Notes: generated from the sequence alone by a model not told the origin. A DNA stretch of 64,000 nucleotides from an uncultured Verrucomicrobiae bacterium (GCA_963764165.1 CAVXRD010000002.1:1504001-1568000), one strand, 5' to 3'. Positions 1 to 11,282 are shown, counted from the stretch's first letter. Translations and numbers: made by a program.

Positions 1-2
1 AC

Positions 3-809
3 TTCCAGCACGCCGTTTTCAACCTTGCCGGGAATTTGCAATTGCGCCGTGCCATCATGCACGGTGGTCTCGACGCTCGGTTGCCGCGGCCAAAGGCCAA
101 AGGCGTGGCTCGGCTTCCAGAACGAACGATACTGCACTTTCGCCGCGATGCTGAACGCCTCCCCGTGCGGAACGATCAATTCGGTGGGCAATCCCTCGAT
201 GGAAACCAGCGTGTAGCGGGGTATGTTCGCCATCGGCACTGCCCAGCGCGTGAAAGCGTTCCAACCGGGGCGCGGCAGCACGAGAAAAATCGCCGCTAAA
301 CAAACCGCGGCGACGATCGCGAAACCTGCCGTTCTTTTGGCTGAGCCGGCATTGACGCTTTGGGCAAAATCAAATCCTTTTGCTTCCTCGGCGACTTGGA
401 AAATAGCGGCGTGATAAAGCGCGGGAGAAAAATTGGCGTTATGCTCCTTTTCATTCGAGAGCTCGACGATTCCCAGGAGGCGGTCGCCGAGGCGGCGGTA
501 TTTTTTCTGCACCAAATTGGCGAGAGCCCGGAGATCGCGCCGCTGCCAGACCCATCGCCGCGCCCAGATGCCCGCCGAAACCGCCGCCACCAGCAGCCCG
601 GCAAGCCACAAAGTCCAGCGCAGCCAGATAGGCGTATCCCAAAGGCGCTCCGAGACGAAAAACCCGAGGAAGGATACCATCAATCCGCCGATAATGCTGC
701 AGACAGCGACGGTGGTCTCGACCCGCCAGAGGCGGCGCTCCGCCTCGGCGAATTGCGCGCGGAGTTCCTCCGGCAGCGCCACGGACAGTCTGTCTTCGTA
801 ATCGGCCAT
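3..809 (-). CDS. Membrane protein, DUF4175-like (5' part only; runs off the window start)
   Basis: Manual translation from ATG 809: MADYEDRLSVALPEELRAQF..., hydrophobic helices, then LANLVQKKYRRLGDRLLGIVEL; open to position 3; missing from the ORF track because no stop lies in the window. Confidence 0.7.
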   Translation of the reverse strand, partial: MADYEDRLSVALPEELRAQFAEAERRLWRVETTVAVCSIIGGLMVSFLGFFVSERLWDTPIWLRWTLWLAGLLVAAVSAGIWARRWVWQRRDLRALANLVQKKYRRLGDRLLGIVELSNEKEHNANFSPALYHAAIFQVAEEAKGFDFAQSVNAGSAKRTAGFAIVAAVCLAAIFLVLPRPGWNAFTRWAVPMANIPRYTLVSIEGLPTELIVPHGEAFSIAAKVQYRSFWKPSHAFGLWPRQPSVETTVHDGTAQLQIPGKVENGVLE

Positions 810-994
810 GCGAAATTGCGGCTGCACTATGTTGCCCCCAATGGGTCCCGCCGTCCAAAGAAAAATGGGACCAATAGGTCTTATGCGACTTATAGTACCT
901 ATGGGCTGGCTTTGCCAAAGTTGAACGTTGCAAAGATTGCGCAACTGATTTGACCTTGCGGGGTTCCTCATTCAGACTGTTATTGATGAGTAGC

Positions 995-1660
995 ATGGCA
1001 AAGCTTTTCCGTGTTCTGGCTGTTTTGGTTCTCGCCGGAGCCATTGGGGTGTTAATCGGGTGGATGCAAAGCCGCGGGGGCGTTTCGGCGCCCATCGGTG
1101 TGTCCACCGCCACAAATTTGCCTCCGATTGATATCGCGCCGGTGGTCGCGGATGAATCGAAGCCCACCAATCCTCCGGCTCGCGTCGCAGCGCATTTCGG
1201 ACATATGCCCGGGCGAGGGCCAAGCGCTCCAGCCGAACCACCGCAGGAAAACAAAGAATGGGAAAAGCAACTCGACGATGTCCTCCTTTCCGATACGGAC
1301 CCGAACACCAAAGCGGACAAAATTCTGGCGCTGATTCCCACCGCCCCCGCCGCCGCGCAGGTTGAACTATCACAGCATCTCGTCAACATGGTGCAGGACG
1401 ATCATTACGATGGGGCCGCGCAGTTGCTGACCAACTCCACCACGCCCGTCGGCGTCTCGACGGTGCTCATGAACGATTTGCTCAATCGAACCGCCACGCT
1501 CAAATTGCCGATGCTGCTGGCGGTGGCCCGCGACAACGATCATCCACTTAACGGTCAGGCGCGCGATATGTTGGAATTGCTGCTGCAGGAAGACAATGGC
1601 ACGAATTGGGACCAATGGGGCGCGTCCATCAACACATGGCTGCAAAACAATCCGCAGTAA
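995..1660 (+). CDS. Hypothetical protein with N-terminal membrane anchor and Pro-rich linker
   Basis: MAKLFRVLAVLVLAGAIGVLIGW, then helical C-terminal domain. Confidence 0.7.
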   Translation: MAKLFRVLAVLVLAGAIGVLIGWMQSRGGVSAPIGVSTATNLPPIDIAPVVADESKPTNPPARVAAHFGHMPGRGPSAPAEPPQENKEWEKQLDDVLLSDTDPNTKADKILALIPTAPAAAQVELSQHLVNMVQDDHYDGAAQLLTNSTTPVGVSTVLMNDLLNRTATLKLPMLLAVARDNDHPLNGQARDMLELLLQEDNGTNWDQWGASINTWLQNNPQ

Positions 1661-2032
1661 CGCAGCCGCGATAAAAGAATTGCGAAAGAGCCTGACAGAA
1701 GGAAGGCCGAGGCCGTCGAGAACTGCTCCTCGAAACAGGCGTGAAACAACACTCTTCGTGTCCTTGTTCAATTTCTTAGCCTTGTCGGGCCGCTGAACAC
1801 ATCGGCGTCCCTGGTTCTGGGGACGTGAGGAACCGCCACGGTTCTAAAGTTAAACCGAGATTGCGCCGAGAGAATAGAGAGAAATGTTACCTGATAAACT
1901 CCTTTTGGACGGACAACAGCCAATCTTCGAGTGCCACCACAATTTTGTCCGGCGTCTGCCCCCGGCGCAGCTTCGGGAGCGGTATTGCCTTGCCATGCCC
2001 ATGGGGGGCTGGTAAGTAAAACGTTCAGTCGA

Positions 2033-3237
2033 ATGCCATCTTTCACCTACATTGCGCGGGATTCGGGGACGGGACGGGAAATCCGAAGCACGGTGGACGC
2101 CTCGTCCGAAGCGAACGCCATCGCCGCGCTGCTGAATCGCAACCTCATGGTCGTCTCCATTCAGGAGAAGCTCGGCAAGAAGGGCAAGACCGTGGGAGGC
2201 AGCGTCAGCCTGGCTGACATCGTCATTTTCACCCGGCAATTGGCCACCATGGTCGACGCCGGGTTGGCGATGGTGCAATCGCTCCAGGCGCTGGCCGAGC
2301 AGTCTGAGAACAAATTGATGCGCGAGGTCATCAAGGACATTACGACGCGCGTCGAGGGCGGCGACAGCTTTTCCGACGCATTGCTCAAGCACCCCAAGAT
2401 TTTCAACAAGCTGTATGTCTCGATGGTGGCGGCGGGCGAAAAGGGCGGTTTGCTGGCGGAAATCCTCAGCCGCCTGGCGACCTACCAGGAAAACACCGCG
2501 CGCCTCCGCAAGAAGGTCAAATCAGCGATGATGTACCCGACGGCGGTGACCTTCGTCGCGATCAGCATTACGATCTTCCTGCTGGTGAAAGTGGTGCCGA
2601 CCTTTGCCGACATTTTTTCGAGCATGCACGGCAAGCTGCCGGCCCCAACGCAATATCTGATCAACATCAGCAACCTGCTGCGGGAGAATTTCATTTGGGC
2701 GATGCTGTCCGCCGCCGCCGTTGTGGTCGGCTGGCTGTGGTATATCAAGACGCCGGCCGGCGGTTCTGGGATGATCGCCGCATCAAGCTGCCGATCTTTG
2801 GCAGCATCGCGCACAAGATTTGCCTGGCTCGATTCGCGCGCACCTTTGCATCGCTGGTTCGCAGCGGCGTGCCGATTTTGGAAGTCCTCGCGATCGTTCA
2901 AAACACGGTCGGCAACGTCATCATGGAATCGGCCATCAAGACCGCCTCGACCGACATCGAGCGCGGCGAAGGCATTTCCGCCGCCCTGAGTAAACACCCC
3001 ATATTCCCCACCATGATTATCCGCATGATGCAAGCTGGTGAGCAGACCGGAAAGATCGATTCCATGCTTGAGCGCGTGGCCGACTTTCTGGACGAGGAAA
3101 TTGAGACGACGCTGAATGGCTTGACGTCTTTGATCGAGCCATTGCTGATTTGCTTTCTGGGCGTGGTGGTCGGAGGCATTGTGATTTGCATGTTCCTGCC
3201 GATATTCAAGTTGAGCGAGCTGGTTTCGGGCCACTAA
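2033..3237 (+). pseudogene. pilC: Type IV pilus/T2SS platform protein PilC/GspF, frameshifted near 2760
   Basis: FTRQLATMVDAGL and KVKSAMMYP in one frame; FARTFASLVRSGVPIL and SLIEPLLI in another; break at ccggccggcgg. Confidence 0.85.
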
Positions 3238-3289
3238 TTAAAAAGCCCGCAGGCTTGCCCGGCAGGAGCGAATCACGTAGTTTTATCGC

Positions 3290-4780
3290 ATGGCAAAGGT
3301 GTTGTTGATTGACGACGAGGTGACCATGGTCCAAATGGTCACCGAGCTTTTGCGCCGTGAAGGACACGAGGTTTTTCCCTTCAGCAATTACGCCGCAGCC
3401 ATAGAAACCCTTGAGTCGCAATGCCCTGAGCTGGTCATCACCGACCTTTATCTTGACAAAACCCGCACGCACGGACTGGAGATTTTGCAGAAGGCGCGGG
3501 CGCTGAATCCGCCTTCCACCGTCATCGTCATCACGGCCTACGCGACCATTGAAACGGCGGTCGACGCGATGAAAAAAGGCGCTTTCGATTATCTCGAAAA
3601 GCCCTTCAAAGTAGATGACCTGAAACTCTGCATTCAACGCGCCTTGTCCTACAATGAGGCGGTTTCGGAAAATATTTACCTTCGCAAGCAGCTTAAGAAA
3701 AAGTACCAGTTCAACCAGCTCATCGGCAATTCCTCGCAGATTCAGGAAGTCTTCAAGCTGATCGAGCGGGTGGCCGATACCGACAGCACGATTCTTATTT
3801 TGGGCGAAAGCGGCACGGGCAAGGAACTTGTCGCGCGCGCCCTGCATTTCAACAGCCGCCGCCAATTCGCGCCGTTCATCCCGATTAACTGCAGCGCGCT
3901 GCCGGAGAATCTTCTGGAATCGGAATTGTTCGGCCATTGCAAAGGCGCATTCACCGGGGCGATCAACGACAAAAAAGGCCTCTTTCAGGAAGCCGATGGC
4001 GGGACGATTTTCCTCGATGAAATTGGCTCCATGCCGCCGGTTTTGCAGAGCCGCCTGCTCCGCGTTTTGCAGGAGCGGGAAGTCCGCCGCGTCGGCGACA
4101 ACGTGGCCACCAGCGTCAATGTTCGCGTGCTCGCCGCCACCAACGAGCCGCTGGAAAAGCGCATCAAGGAAGGCACCTTCCGCGAAGATTTATTTTACAG
4201 GCTGAACGTCATCCCGATTCATCTCCCCGCCCTGCGCGAGCGCCGGGATGACGTTCCGCTGCTGACAATGCATTTCCTGCGCAACAAGATCAATTCGCGC
4301 ACCGGCAAACCCCACAGCATCACTCGCAAATCTCTCGAAGTTCTGGGCTCGCATGATTGGCCGGGCAACGTGCGTGAATTGGAAAACGCCATTGAGCGCG
4401 CCTGCGCCTTGTGCGAAAACGGCACCATTCGCGTGGCGGATCTGCCGCCGATCTTGCGGAAGTATGCCAAGGACGGCGAGGAAGAGGCGATCGAAACTCC
4501 CTCAGCCGCTCCGGTCGCGGCGGCTGGCACGGGCGGAAAGCCTGTCAACAATTCGACCGCCAGCGCGGCCGCTGTGGCCAGTTCCGGCCCGGCGAATTTC
4601 ATGAATCCCGTCGGCTCGCTGCGCGATTACCTGCGCGAGCAGGAAGTGACGTATCTCAACCGCGCCCTGGCCCAGGCCGGCAATGACAAGGAGAAAGCCG
4701 CCCAATTGCTCGGCGTCAGCGTGGCCACGCTCTACCGCAAGCTGGCCGACGAAGACCTCGGCGGCAAATCTTTTACTTGA
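3290..4780 (+). CDS. Sigma54-dependent response regulator (NtrC/PilR family)
   Basis: Receiver domain, GESGTGKE, GAFTGA, WPGNVRELEN, C-terminal Fis HTH. Confidence 0.95.
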   Translation: MAKVLLIDDEVTMVQMVTELLRREGHEVFPFSNYAAAIETLESQCPELVITDLYLDKTRTHGLEILQKARALNPPSTVIVITAYATIETAVDAMKKGAFDYLEKPFKVDDLKLCIQRALSYNEAVSENIYLRKQLKKKYQFNQLIGNSSQIQEVFKLIERVADTDSTILILGESGTGKELVARALHFNSRRQFAPFIPINCSALPENLLESELFGHCKGAFTGAINDKKGLFQEADGGTIFLDEIGSMPPVLQSRLLRVLQEREVRRVGDNVATSVNVRVLAATNEPLEKRIKEGTFREDLFYRLNVIPIHLPALRERRDDVPLLTMHFLRNKINSRTGKPHSITRKSLEVLGSHDWPGNVRELENAIERACALCENGTIRVADLPPILRKYAKDGEEEAIETPSAAPVAAAGTGGKPVNNSTASAAAVASSGPANFMNPVGSLRDYLREQEVTYLNRALAQAGNDKEKAAQLLGVSVATLYRKLADEDLGGKSFT

Positions 4781-4783
4781 CAG

Positions 4784-5971
4784 TTACGATTTGCTGGCGA
4801 ACACCGCCAGCGACGCTGTGTAGCCGTGCAGAAAGTTCTTCGCCCCTACCGGCCCGATTTCTCCGTTGCAGAAAAACCCGGTCAACTCCATCGGCCCGAG
4901 TTTTTCCTGCGCCAATCCGGCGTCGTGGTTCGGATGGCCGAAGAGGCGCTGCCCGCGCCCGTTGCAGGTGCAGAGGCAGCCGCCATAAATTGTCCGGCCC
5001 TTCAAATGATTCGCCAGGCGTTCCAGCAAATGCGTCATGTCCTCCGTCGCCGCCGCCGCGTCGCGCCGCTGGAACTGCATCGTTTGCCCCAGGCGCGGCA
5101 TGGCGCCGACGGCGAGGCTGCCGGAATTGGGGTCGCCACCGAGAATGTTGCGCACGAGAAAATCGCCGCGGGCGAAATCCTCGAGGTATTCGTTGACCAC
5201 CAGGCCGATGAATAAATTCCCGCGCGCGGCGTGCTGCTCCTTGCCGGGCAATTCCATGAATGTCTGGTGCAGCACCTCGTAAGCCGGCCGGTTGGCGATC
5301 ATGTGGATGATGTTGCCTTCCGTGCGCGTGATCGTCCATGTGTCGCCGATGGGCGTGCAGCCCTGCGAAATCACCGAGCGCAATTCCACCGCGCCGCCGA
5401 CTGCCACCGCCACGCCGCCTTCGTCGAAAACCTGCCCATCGAGATACAATTGAATCGTGCGCTCGGAAAAATCCCCGCTGGCCACGCCGCCGACAATCGG
5501 CTTGGGCGCGTAAGCCTCATTCCAGCCGCGCAGCCACGCTTCCGAGTCCGTGCGGAACGGATCGACAAACGCGAGCCAGCCGTTGATTTTCTCCGCGCTC
5601 AGCCCCGTCTCCAATTCCCAATAACCCGGGCCGTTCGCCTCGTCGATCTGCTCTTGTGTAAAGTGAACAGCGGTCAACTCCGCGCCCGGCAGCGAAAGCA
5701 GCGAAACGGCAATGCCGCGCTCATCCTCAATTTCCCGCGATCCGTAAATCAAACCCGCGCCTGAACAGCCGATCAACAGCGGAATTTCCGCATGGACGCG
5801 AAGAGTTTCCAAAATTCGCCGCGCATCGGCGAAATAATGCGGCGTCATAAAAACCAGGCCCAGCGAGATGCGCGAGGCCGAGACGCTTTGGCGCAGTTGC
5901 CGGGCCCATTCGGTCATGGCCGCCTCGTCGTAATCGGCGCGCCAGAAGCCGGATGCCGCGAATTCGTTCAT
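4784..5971 (-). CDS. FIST N/FIST C domain sensory protein
   Basis: LIGCSGAG, SQGCTPIG, CNGRG and GFFCNGEIGP...LHGYT motifs; start taken at MNEF. Confidence 0.88.
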   Translation of the reverse strand: MNEFAASGFWRADYDEAAMTEWARQLRQSVSASRISLGLVFMTPHYFADARRILETLRVHAEIPLLIGCSGAGLIYGSREIEDERGIAVSLLSLPGAELTAVHFTQEQIDEANGPGYWELETGLSAEKINGWLAFVDPFRTDSEAWLRGWNEAYAPKPIVGGVASGDFSERTIQLYLDGQVFDEGGVAVAVGGAVELRSVISQGCTPIGDTWTITRTEGNIIHMIANRPAYEVLHQTFMELPGKEQHAARGNLFIGLVVNEYLEDFARGDFLVRNILGGDPNSGSLAVGAMPRLGQTMQFQRRDAAAATEDMTHLLERLANHLKGRTIYGGCLCTCNGRGQRLFGHPNHDAGLAQEKLGPMELTGFFCNGEIGPVGAKNFLHGYTASLAVFASKS

Positions 5972-5979
5972 AATCAATG

Positions 5980-7833
5980 CTACGCTTCGCGTTCGGCCGC
6001 GGCGGGCGACACGGTGATGTCGCACGACGGAAACGCTCTTTTGAGGAGTTCGACAAAGCCGCGGCTCATTTGTTCGACGACTTTTTTCTTCGCGCCCTCC
6101 TCGCCCGGCGCGCCGCTCCAGCCGGTGACGCGCGCGGCGCCATTGGCGGTGAAGCCCTCGATTTCCACATGGCCGGAAACGCGCCCATTTTCCCACAGGC
6201 GAAGGCACGGCTTGACAACAAGATTTTTCGCGTGCGGCTTCAAAACGCCTTCTCTTGACAGCGTTTCAAAATCCGCCAGCGACAGCGCCAACTCCTCCAC
6301 CGGCGCCAGTGACGTTTCGTTAAGTCCGTAAATGGACGCATTGAGCGGCGCGATGGATGGGCGCATCAACGGGAAGAAAATCACGTCGTCGATATTTTCC
6401 TGCCCGGTGAAAATCATCACCATGCGTTCGATGCCGGGGCCGATGCCCGTCGTGGGCGGCAGGCCGTATTCGAGCGCCTCGATGAAATCGAAATCGAGCG
6501 TGTGGAATTTTCCGGCGTCGCGCTCCTCCGCGCGATACGACTTCCGCCATGTCTCGAGCAAATGCACCGGGTCGTTTTGCTCCGACCAGTTGTCGCCGCA
6601 TTCCATGCCCGCGATCATGATCTCGAAACGCTCGACATAGCGCGGGTCATGCGCCATCGGCTTGGCCAGCGGCGAAATTTCAATCGGATGCCCAAAGACC
6701 AGCGTCGGCTGGATGAGTTCCTTTTCCACTTTTTCCTCGAAAGCCTTCACCAGCGCTTCGCCCACGCTCGGCTGCGCTTCGCCAATGCCGATGGCCGCCA
6801 GCCGCGCGTTCGCCTCGTCGGCCGTTTTGACTTCGCGGAAATCGATGCCCGTTTTTTCCAGCACGACGTCGGGCATGCTGACGCGCCGCCACGGCTTGCC
6901 GAAATCAATCGTGTGTCCGCGCACGACAAATTCCGTTTTGCCGAACACCGTGACCGCGACGTGCCGGAACATGTCCTCGATCAGGTTCATGTTGTATTCG
7001 TAATTTTCGTAAGCCGTCATCGTCTCGACCATCGAGAATTCCGGGTGATGGCTGCGGTCGATGCCTTCGTTGCGGAAATAGCGGCCGATGGTGAAAACCT
7101 TGTCGTAACCCGCCACGATCAAGCGTTTCAAATAAAGCTCATGCGAAATGGCCAGGTACATATCGCAACCGAGGGCGTTGACGTGCGTCTTGAACGGCTT
7201 GGCCGTGCCGCCGCCGTATTGCGGCTGAATAATCGGCGTGATGAATTCCAAAAAGCCGCGCTTTAACAGAAAATCGCGCATCGCCGAAACCATTTTGCTG
7301 GCCGCCGCAAAGCGCTCGAACGACGATGGTTCGAGCGTCGTGTCAAGATAACGTTTGCGCAGCACCTGCTCGCGGTCCTTCAATCCCGACCATTGATCCG
7401 GCAGCGGGCGAATCGCCTTGGTCAGCAGCCGCAGGCTTTCCACCAGCACGGAAATTTCGCCGCGCTCGGTGCGGATGATTTTGCCCGTCGCCTCGATGAT
7501 GTCGCCGAGGTCAATCATGTTGGTGTCCGCGTAGCCGATATTGCCGGTGGCCTTGTCGGTGGGCAGGACGAGATTGCGGCGGAGGAAAAGCTGCAGCTTG
7601 CCCGTCTGATCCTGGACGTGGGCAAAGGCCAGCGCGCCCTGCTTGCGCCAGGACATCAGGCGCCCGGCGATGGTGGCCGTCTGGCCTTCGAGGCTGGCGA
7701 AATCGTCGAGGATGGTTTTGGTGTAATGAGTGCGCCCGCTTTTGGATGGGTAAGGGTTGAGGCCCAAAGAGCGGAGCGAGGCCGCCTTGGCGAGGCGTCC
7801 GTTGCGAATTTCGATGAGTGGATTAGTAGCCAC
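5980..7833 (-). CDS. lysS: Lysine--tRNA ligase (class II) with C-terminal extension
   Basis: YGGGTAKPF, FRNEGIDRSHHPEF, YGLPPTTGIGPGIER motifs. Confidence 0.95.
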   Translation of the reverse strand: MATNPLIEIRNGRLAKAASLRSLGLNPYPSKSGRTHYTKTILDDFASLEGQTATIAGRLMSWRKQGALAFAHVQDQTGKLQLFLRRNLVLPTDKATGNIGYADTNMIDLGDIIEATGKIIRTERGEISVLVESLRLLTKAIRPLPDQWSGLKDREQVLRKRYLDTTLEPSSFERFAAASKMVSAMRDFLLKRGFLEFITPIIQPQYGGGTAKPFKTHVNALGCDMYLAISHELYLKRLIVAGYDKVFTIGRYFRNEGIDRSHHPEFSMVETMTAYENYEYNMNLIEDMFRHVAVTVFGKTEFVVRGHTIDFGKPWRRVSMPDVVLEKTGIDFREVKTADEANARLAAIGIGEAQPSVGEALVKAFEEKVEKELIQPTLVFGHPIEISPLAKPMAHDPRYVERFEIMIAGMECGDNWSEQNDPVHLLETWRKSYRAEERDAGKFHTLDFDFIEALEYGLPPTTGIGPGIERMVMIFTGQENIDDVIFFPLMRPSIAPLNASIYGLNETSLAPVEELALSLADFETLSREGVLKPHAKNLVVKPCLRLWENGRVSGHVEIEGFTANGAARVTGWSGAPGEEGAKKKVVEQMSRGFVELLKRAFPSCDITVSPAAAEREA

Positions 7834-8608
7834 GATTTGTAAATATTAGAAACAGTCGAACGCCCCTTTTATGCCGGAACGCAGCCTGTGGCGAGTTCAA
7901 ACTAATACCAATGGTCCTCCGTTCACCGTCCAAAATCATTTTTGGCTCGGCGTCATTTTCTCCGCGTTTTTCAAAAAACAGGTTGGATTTGGTGACATTC
8001 ACTTGGATTTGGTTACATTAGGTGACATTCCCTCCAGCAAGACCATCTCCGAAAAATGGCGATGCGGCGCGGCATCGGCGGCGATCACTCTGGGGCAAGC
8101 CGGATCAGGAATCGTCGAGAATGATCGCAGTGAAACAGTTGCGACCACTCAGGCAGGGGCGATCAACGGCAGGATAAACCACAATCCCATAATGCCGCCC
8201 GCGCCGCGCGGCCAGCCGTCTTCGGTCTCACTCGCCTGTCTTCCCGTCTCCGTCCTATTATATATAGTCATGGAAGCACTTTGGCACATGGATTTGGAAA
8301 CAGAAAACCTACCAGAGGTTTTTAGGCACGATTTTTTGGGGGAAAAATGCTGAAAATTGAATCTGGTACCGCAGAAAGGAAATCCCGCCAGACAAAAGAG
8401 CCACAGATGGGCACAGATCAACGCAGATAAATCAAAAATCTGAACCCAATGACGAAAGTCTGTTCATTTTTGACAAAGAATTCAGGCCGCCCGCACGATA
8501 AGTTTTTGGACATCCGCCTGGCGGGCCACCGACTAGGCGGTCAGGATTCGCCGGCCTTGGGTGGTGACTTGACAGCGGCAGGTTGATCAGTATGAATCTG
8601 TGGCCATT

Positions 8609-9088
8609 TTAAGCCGCATCGCCCATGGCTTCGTCTGTGCTGAAGAAATCCGGGTAGCCGTGCTGGGTGGCGTAATCCTGCATGATGCGGGCGCGCCGGT
8701 TCGCTTCCATCTGCATGTCGGTTTGGCGCGCGAGGCGCGACATGACGGAATCCACGAGTTCATCGGTGGTGAATGGCTTGACGAGATAATCGTCGGCGCC
8801 GTTGGCCATCCCGCGGCGGAACCCGTCGCGGCTGACGAGGCCTGTCATAAGAATAAATGGAATGGGCGCCGTGTCGGAGGATTCGCGAACCGCAATCAGC
8901 GTCTCATAGCCGTCCATGCCTGGCATGTTGATGTCACAGACGACGAGGTCGAGATTCTGCGCGCGAAGGAGTTGCATTCCGACCCTGCCGCTGTCGGCCT
9001 CGATGACGTTGAACCCATAATTGGTCAAGACGGCCTTGATTAAATTGCGCACGTCCTCTTTATCATCGATGACAAGTATGTTCTTCAT
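8609..9088 (-). CDS. Single-domain response regulator
   Basis: ILVIDD...CDINMPGMDG...GADDYLVKPF. Confidence 0.9.
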   Translation of the reverse strand: MKNILVIDDKEDVRNLIKAVLTNYGFNVIEADSGRVGMQLLRAQNLDLVVCDINMPGMDGYETLIAVRESSDTAPIPFILMTGLVSRDGFRRGMANGADDYLVKPFTTDELVDSVMSRLARQTDMQMEANRRARIMQDYATQHGYPDFFSTDEAMGDAA

Positions 9089-9227
9089 TTTCGAGTTATC
9101 GGCAGAACATGAAGTGTGCCAAAGCGATTTTGTCAAAAAAGTGGAGGAATTTGTCTTGTTTCCGTCCGAATTTGCCCATTTGGCCCCGGGAATGACGGAA
9201 AATTCTGCCGAAAGCCCGATACTGCGC

Positions 9228-11282
9228 CTAGCGGGCGGTTAGCGCCTCAAAGACAGTTTCCGCCAGCCGGCGCGCATGGAAGGGCTTCTGAATGAGATTG
9301 AACTTTGTGCCTTCGGGGAATTCCTTGGCCAGGCGGGCGGCATCGTAGCCGCTGGTGCAGAGCACCTTGAGACCCGGCTTTTCCTGCTGCAAAATTTTCG
9401 CAAGCTCGGTGCCGGCCATGCCTTCGGGCAGGATTAGGTCCGTCAATAACAAATCAATTTTATTATGCTGGTCCTTCCAAATGGCCAGCGCCTCCTTGGC
9501 GGTGCCGCAGCCAAGCACCTTGTAGCCGTGGCTCTCCAGCACGTAATGAATCAGCTTCAAAAGCGGCCCCTCGTCCTCCACCACCAGAATCGTTTCCGTC
9601 CCGCCGATGACCTTTTGCTCGGACGGGGGCAATTGCAGCGCGCCGCCGCGCGCGTTGGAAGCGGGCAAATATATAAAGAAGGCCGTCCCCTGCCCTACCG
9701 CGCTTTCCACCGTGATCCAGCCCTTGTGCTGTTTGACAATGCCATAGACAGTCGCCAGCCCAAGACCGGTGCCGCGATCCTTTTCCTTCGTCGTAAAAAA
9801 CGGCTCGAATATCCGGCTCAAATGCTCAGGGGCAATCCCGCTGCCAGTGTCACCGAACGTCAAACACACGAATCTTCCGGGCGACGCCTCCGGATTGTGC
9901 TTGGCCTCCTCCGGGCCGACGTCGACGGCTGCAGTCCGTATGCGAAGCCGGCCGCCCCGCGGCATGGCGTCCCGCGAATTGACGGCGAGATTCAAGAGCA
10001 CCTGCTCGATCATGCCAAGGTCGGCCAGAATTGCGGGCAGGCCGGGCGCAAATTCCACCTGCAAGGAAACATCCTCGCCCAAAATGCGACGGAGCATCTT
10101 GGTGATATGATTGACAACCTCGTTGAGGTCGACGACCTGGGCGTTGAACTCGTGCTTGCGGCTGAAGGTCATCAATTGCCGTGTGAGGGCGCCGGCGCGC
10201 TTGCCGGCCTCAATGATTTCCTTGAGGGAGTCGGAGCCTTTGGCGGTGAGCTTTTCGTTGACCACCAGGAGGCTGGCGTGGCCGTTGACAACCGTGAGCA
10301 GGTTGTTGAAATCATGCGCGATGCCGCCGGCCAACTGGCCGATCGACTCCATCTTCTGGGATTGGCGCAGTTGCGCCTCCAGGCTCAAGCGCTCCGTGGC
10401 ATCCACCGCCAGTGACAAATAAATTCTCTGGGGAACGATATGGTGGGAGATGATTTCCATCTCGGACCATTTGCCGCAGCGCGTGCGGTGCCGCCACACC
10501 GAGGAATTCTTTCCCTCCGCCCCCCCGGCGGACAACTTGGCAATAAACGCGGCCAGTTCCTCCGGGGCGGCCAGGTCGCGCATGGTCAGGGCCAGGAATT
10601 CCTGCTTGCTGTAGCCGTAGTGCCGGACCGCGGCATCGTTGACGCTGACGAAAGCCAGGGTGGCGTCGTCATAGGTCAGAATGGGTGTCGGGTTGCTGTC
10701 AAACAAAAGCCGGTAAAGATTCTCCGACATCTGCACCCGCGCGAGGGACTGCTCCAGGGCGGCGGTGCGGGAATGAATCAGCGCCTCGAGATTGGTGAAG
10801 TAGGATTGGGCCTCGCCCGTGACGCGCCATTTTTCAGAGAGCGCGACCGCCATCTGTTTCATTTCGACGTGGCCGAATGGCTTCTCCAGCAGCATCAACC
10901 GGTCGTTGCGCCGCAACTGCCGGGAAAGGTCCCGCAGCATCAGCTCGGAGTGCTCCGCGCAAAGCACGACTTCCAGGTTTGGGTCCGCTTCCCAAAGTCG
11001 GCTGATGATTTGCGCGCCGCCTGGCGCCGAAGTCTTTCCGACGTCGACAAAAACAACAGCATACGGGCGTCCGGAGTCCCTCGCCTCAATAGCCTTCCGC
11101 AAGCCATGCTCTTCGGCAATCGCAATGTCCACCTCAAACGCGCTGGCCGCGCGGGGCGGGGAGGCCGCCTCCGGTTCGCCCGCCTCCGGCACGCTGGGAG
11201 CGGAGAGGATTCTGCAAAAGTCATCCCGACTGGGCTGGTCCCCGCCAATGACCAATATGCGATGCAAGCGATTTTTCTCCAT
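9228..11282 (-). CDS. Hybrid sensor kinase (degenerate REC-PAS-HisKA-HATPase-REC)
   Basis: GGIAHDFNN, EPFFTTK, GTGLGL, C-terminal receiver. Confidence 0.93.
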   Translation of the reverse strand: MEKNRLHRILVIGGDQPSRDDFCRILSAPSVPEAGEPEAASPPRAASAFEVDIAIAEEHGLRKAIEARDSGRPYAVVFVDVGKTSAPGGAQIISRLWEADPNLEVVLCAEHSELMLRDLSRQLRRNDRLMLLEKPFGHVEMKQMAVALSEKWRVTGEAQSYFTNLEALIHSRTAALEQSLARVQMSENLYRLLFDSNPTPILTYDDATLAFVSVNDAAVRHYGYSKQEFLALTMRDLAAPEELAAFIAKLSAGGAEGKNSSVWRHRTRCGKWSEMEIISHHIVPQRIYLSLAVDATERLSLEAQLRQSQKMESIGQLAGGIAHDFNNLLTVVNGHASLLVVNEKLTAKGSDSLKEIIEAGKRAGALTRQLMTFSRKHEFNAQVVDLNEVVNHITKMLRRILGEDVSLQVEFAPGLPAILADLGMIEQVLLNLAVNSRDAMPRGGRLRIRTAAVDVGPEEAKHNPEASPGRFVCLTFGDTGSGIAPEHLSRIFEPFFTTKEKDRGTGLGLATVYGIVKQHKGWITVESAVGQGTAFFIYLPASNARGGALQLPPSEQKVIGGTETILVVEDEGPLLKLIHYVLESHGYKVLGCGTAKEALAIWKDQHNKIDLLLTDLILPEGMAGTELAKILQQEKPGLKVLCTSGYDAARLAKEFPEGTKFNLIQKPFHARRLAETVFEALTAR

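Noticed and set aside
1845..1872. Sigma28 promoter upstream of pilC (TAAAGTT...GCCGAGAG)
   Set aside because: 16-nt spacing and a mismatched -10; too weak
7871..8421. ORFs between lysS and the response regulator
   Set aside because: No recognisable motifs and the region holds short repeats; left unannotated
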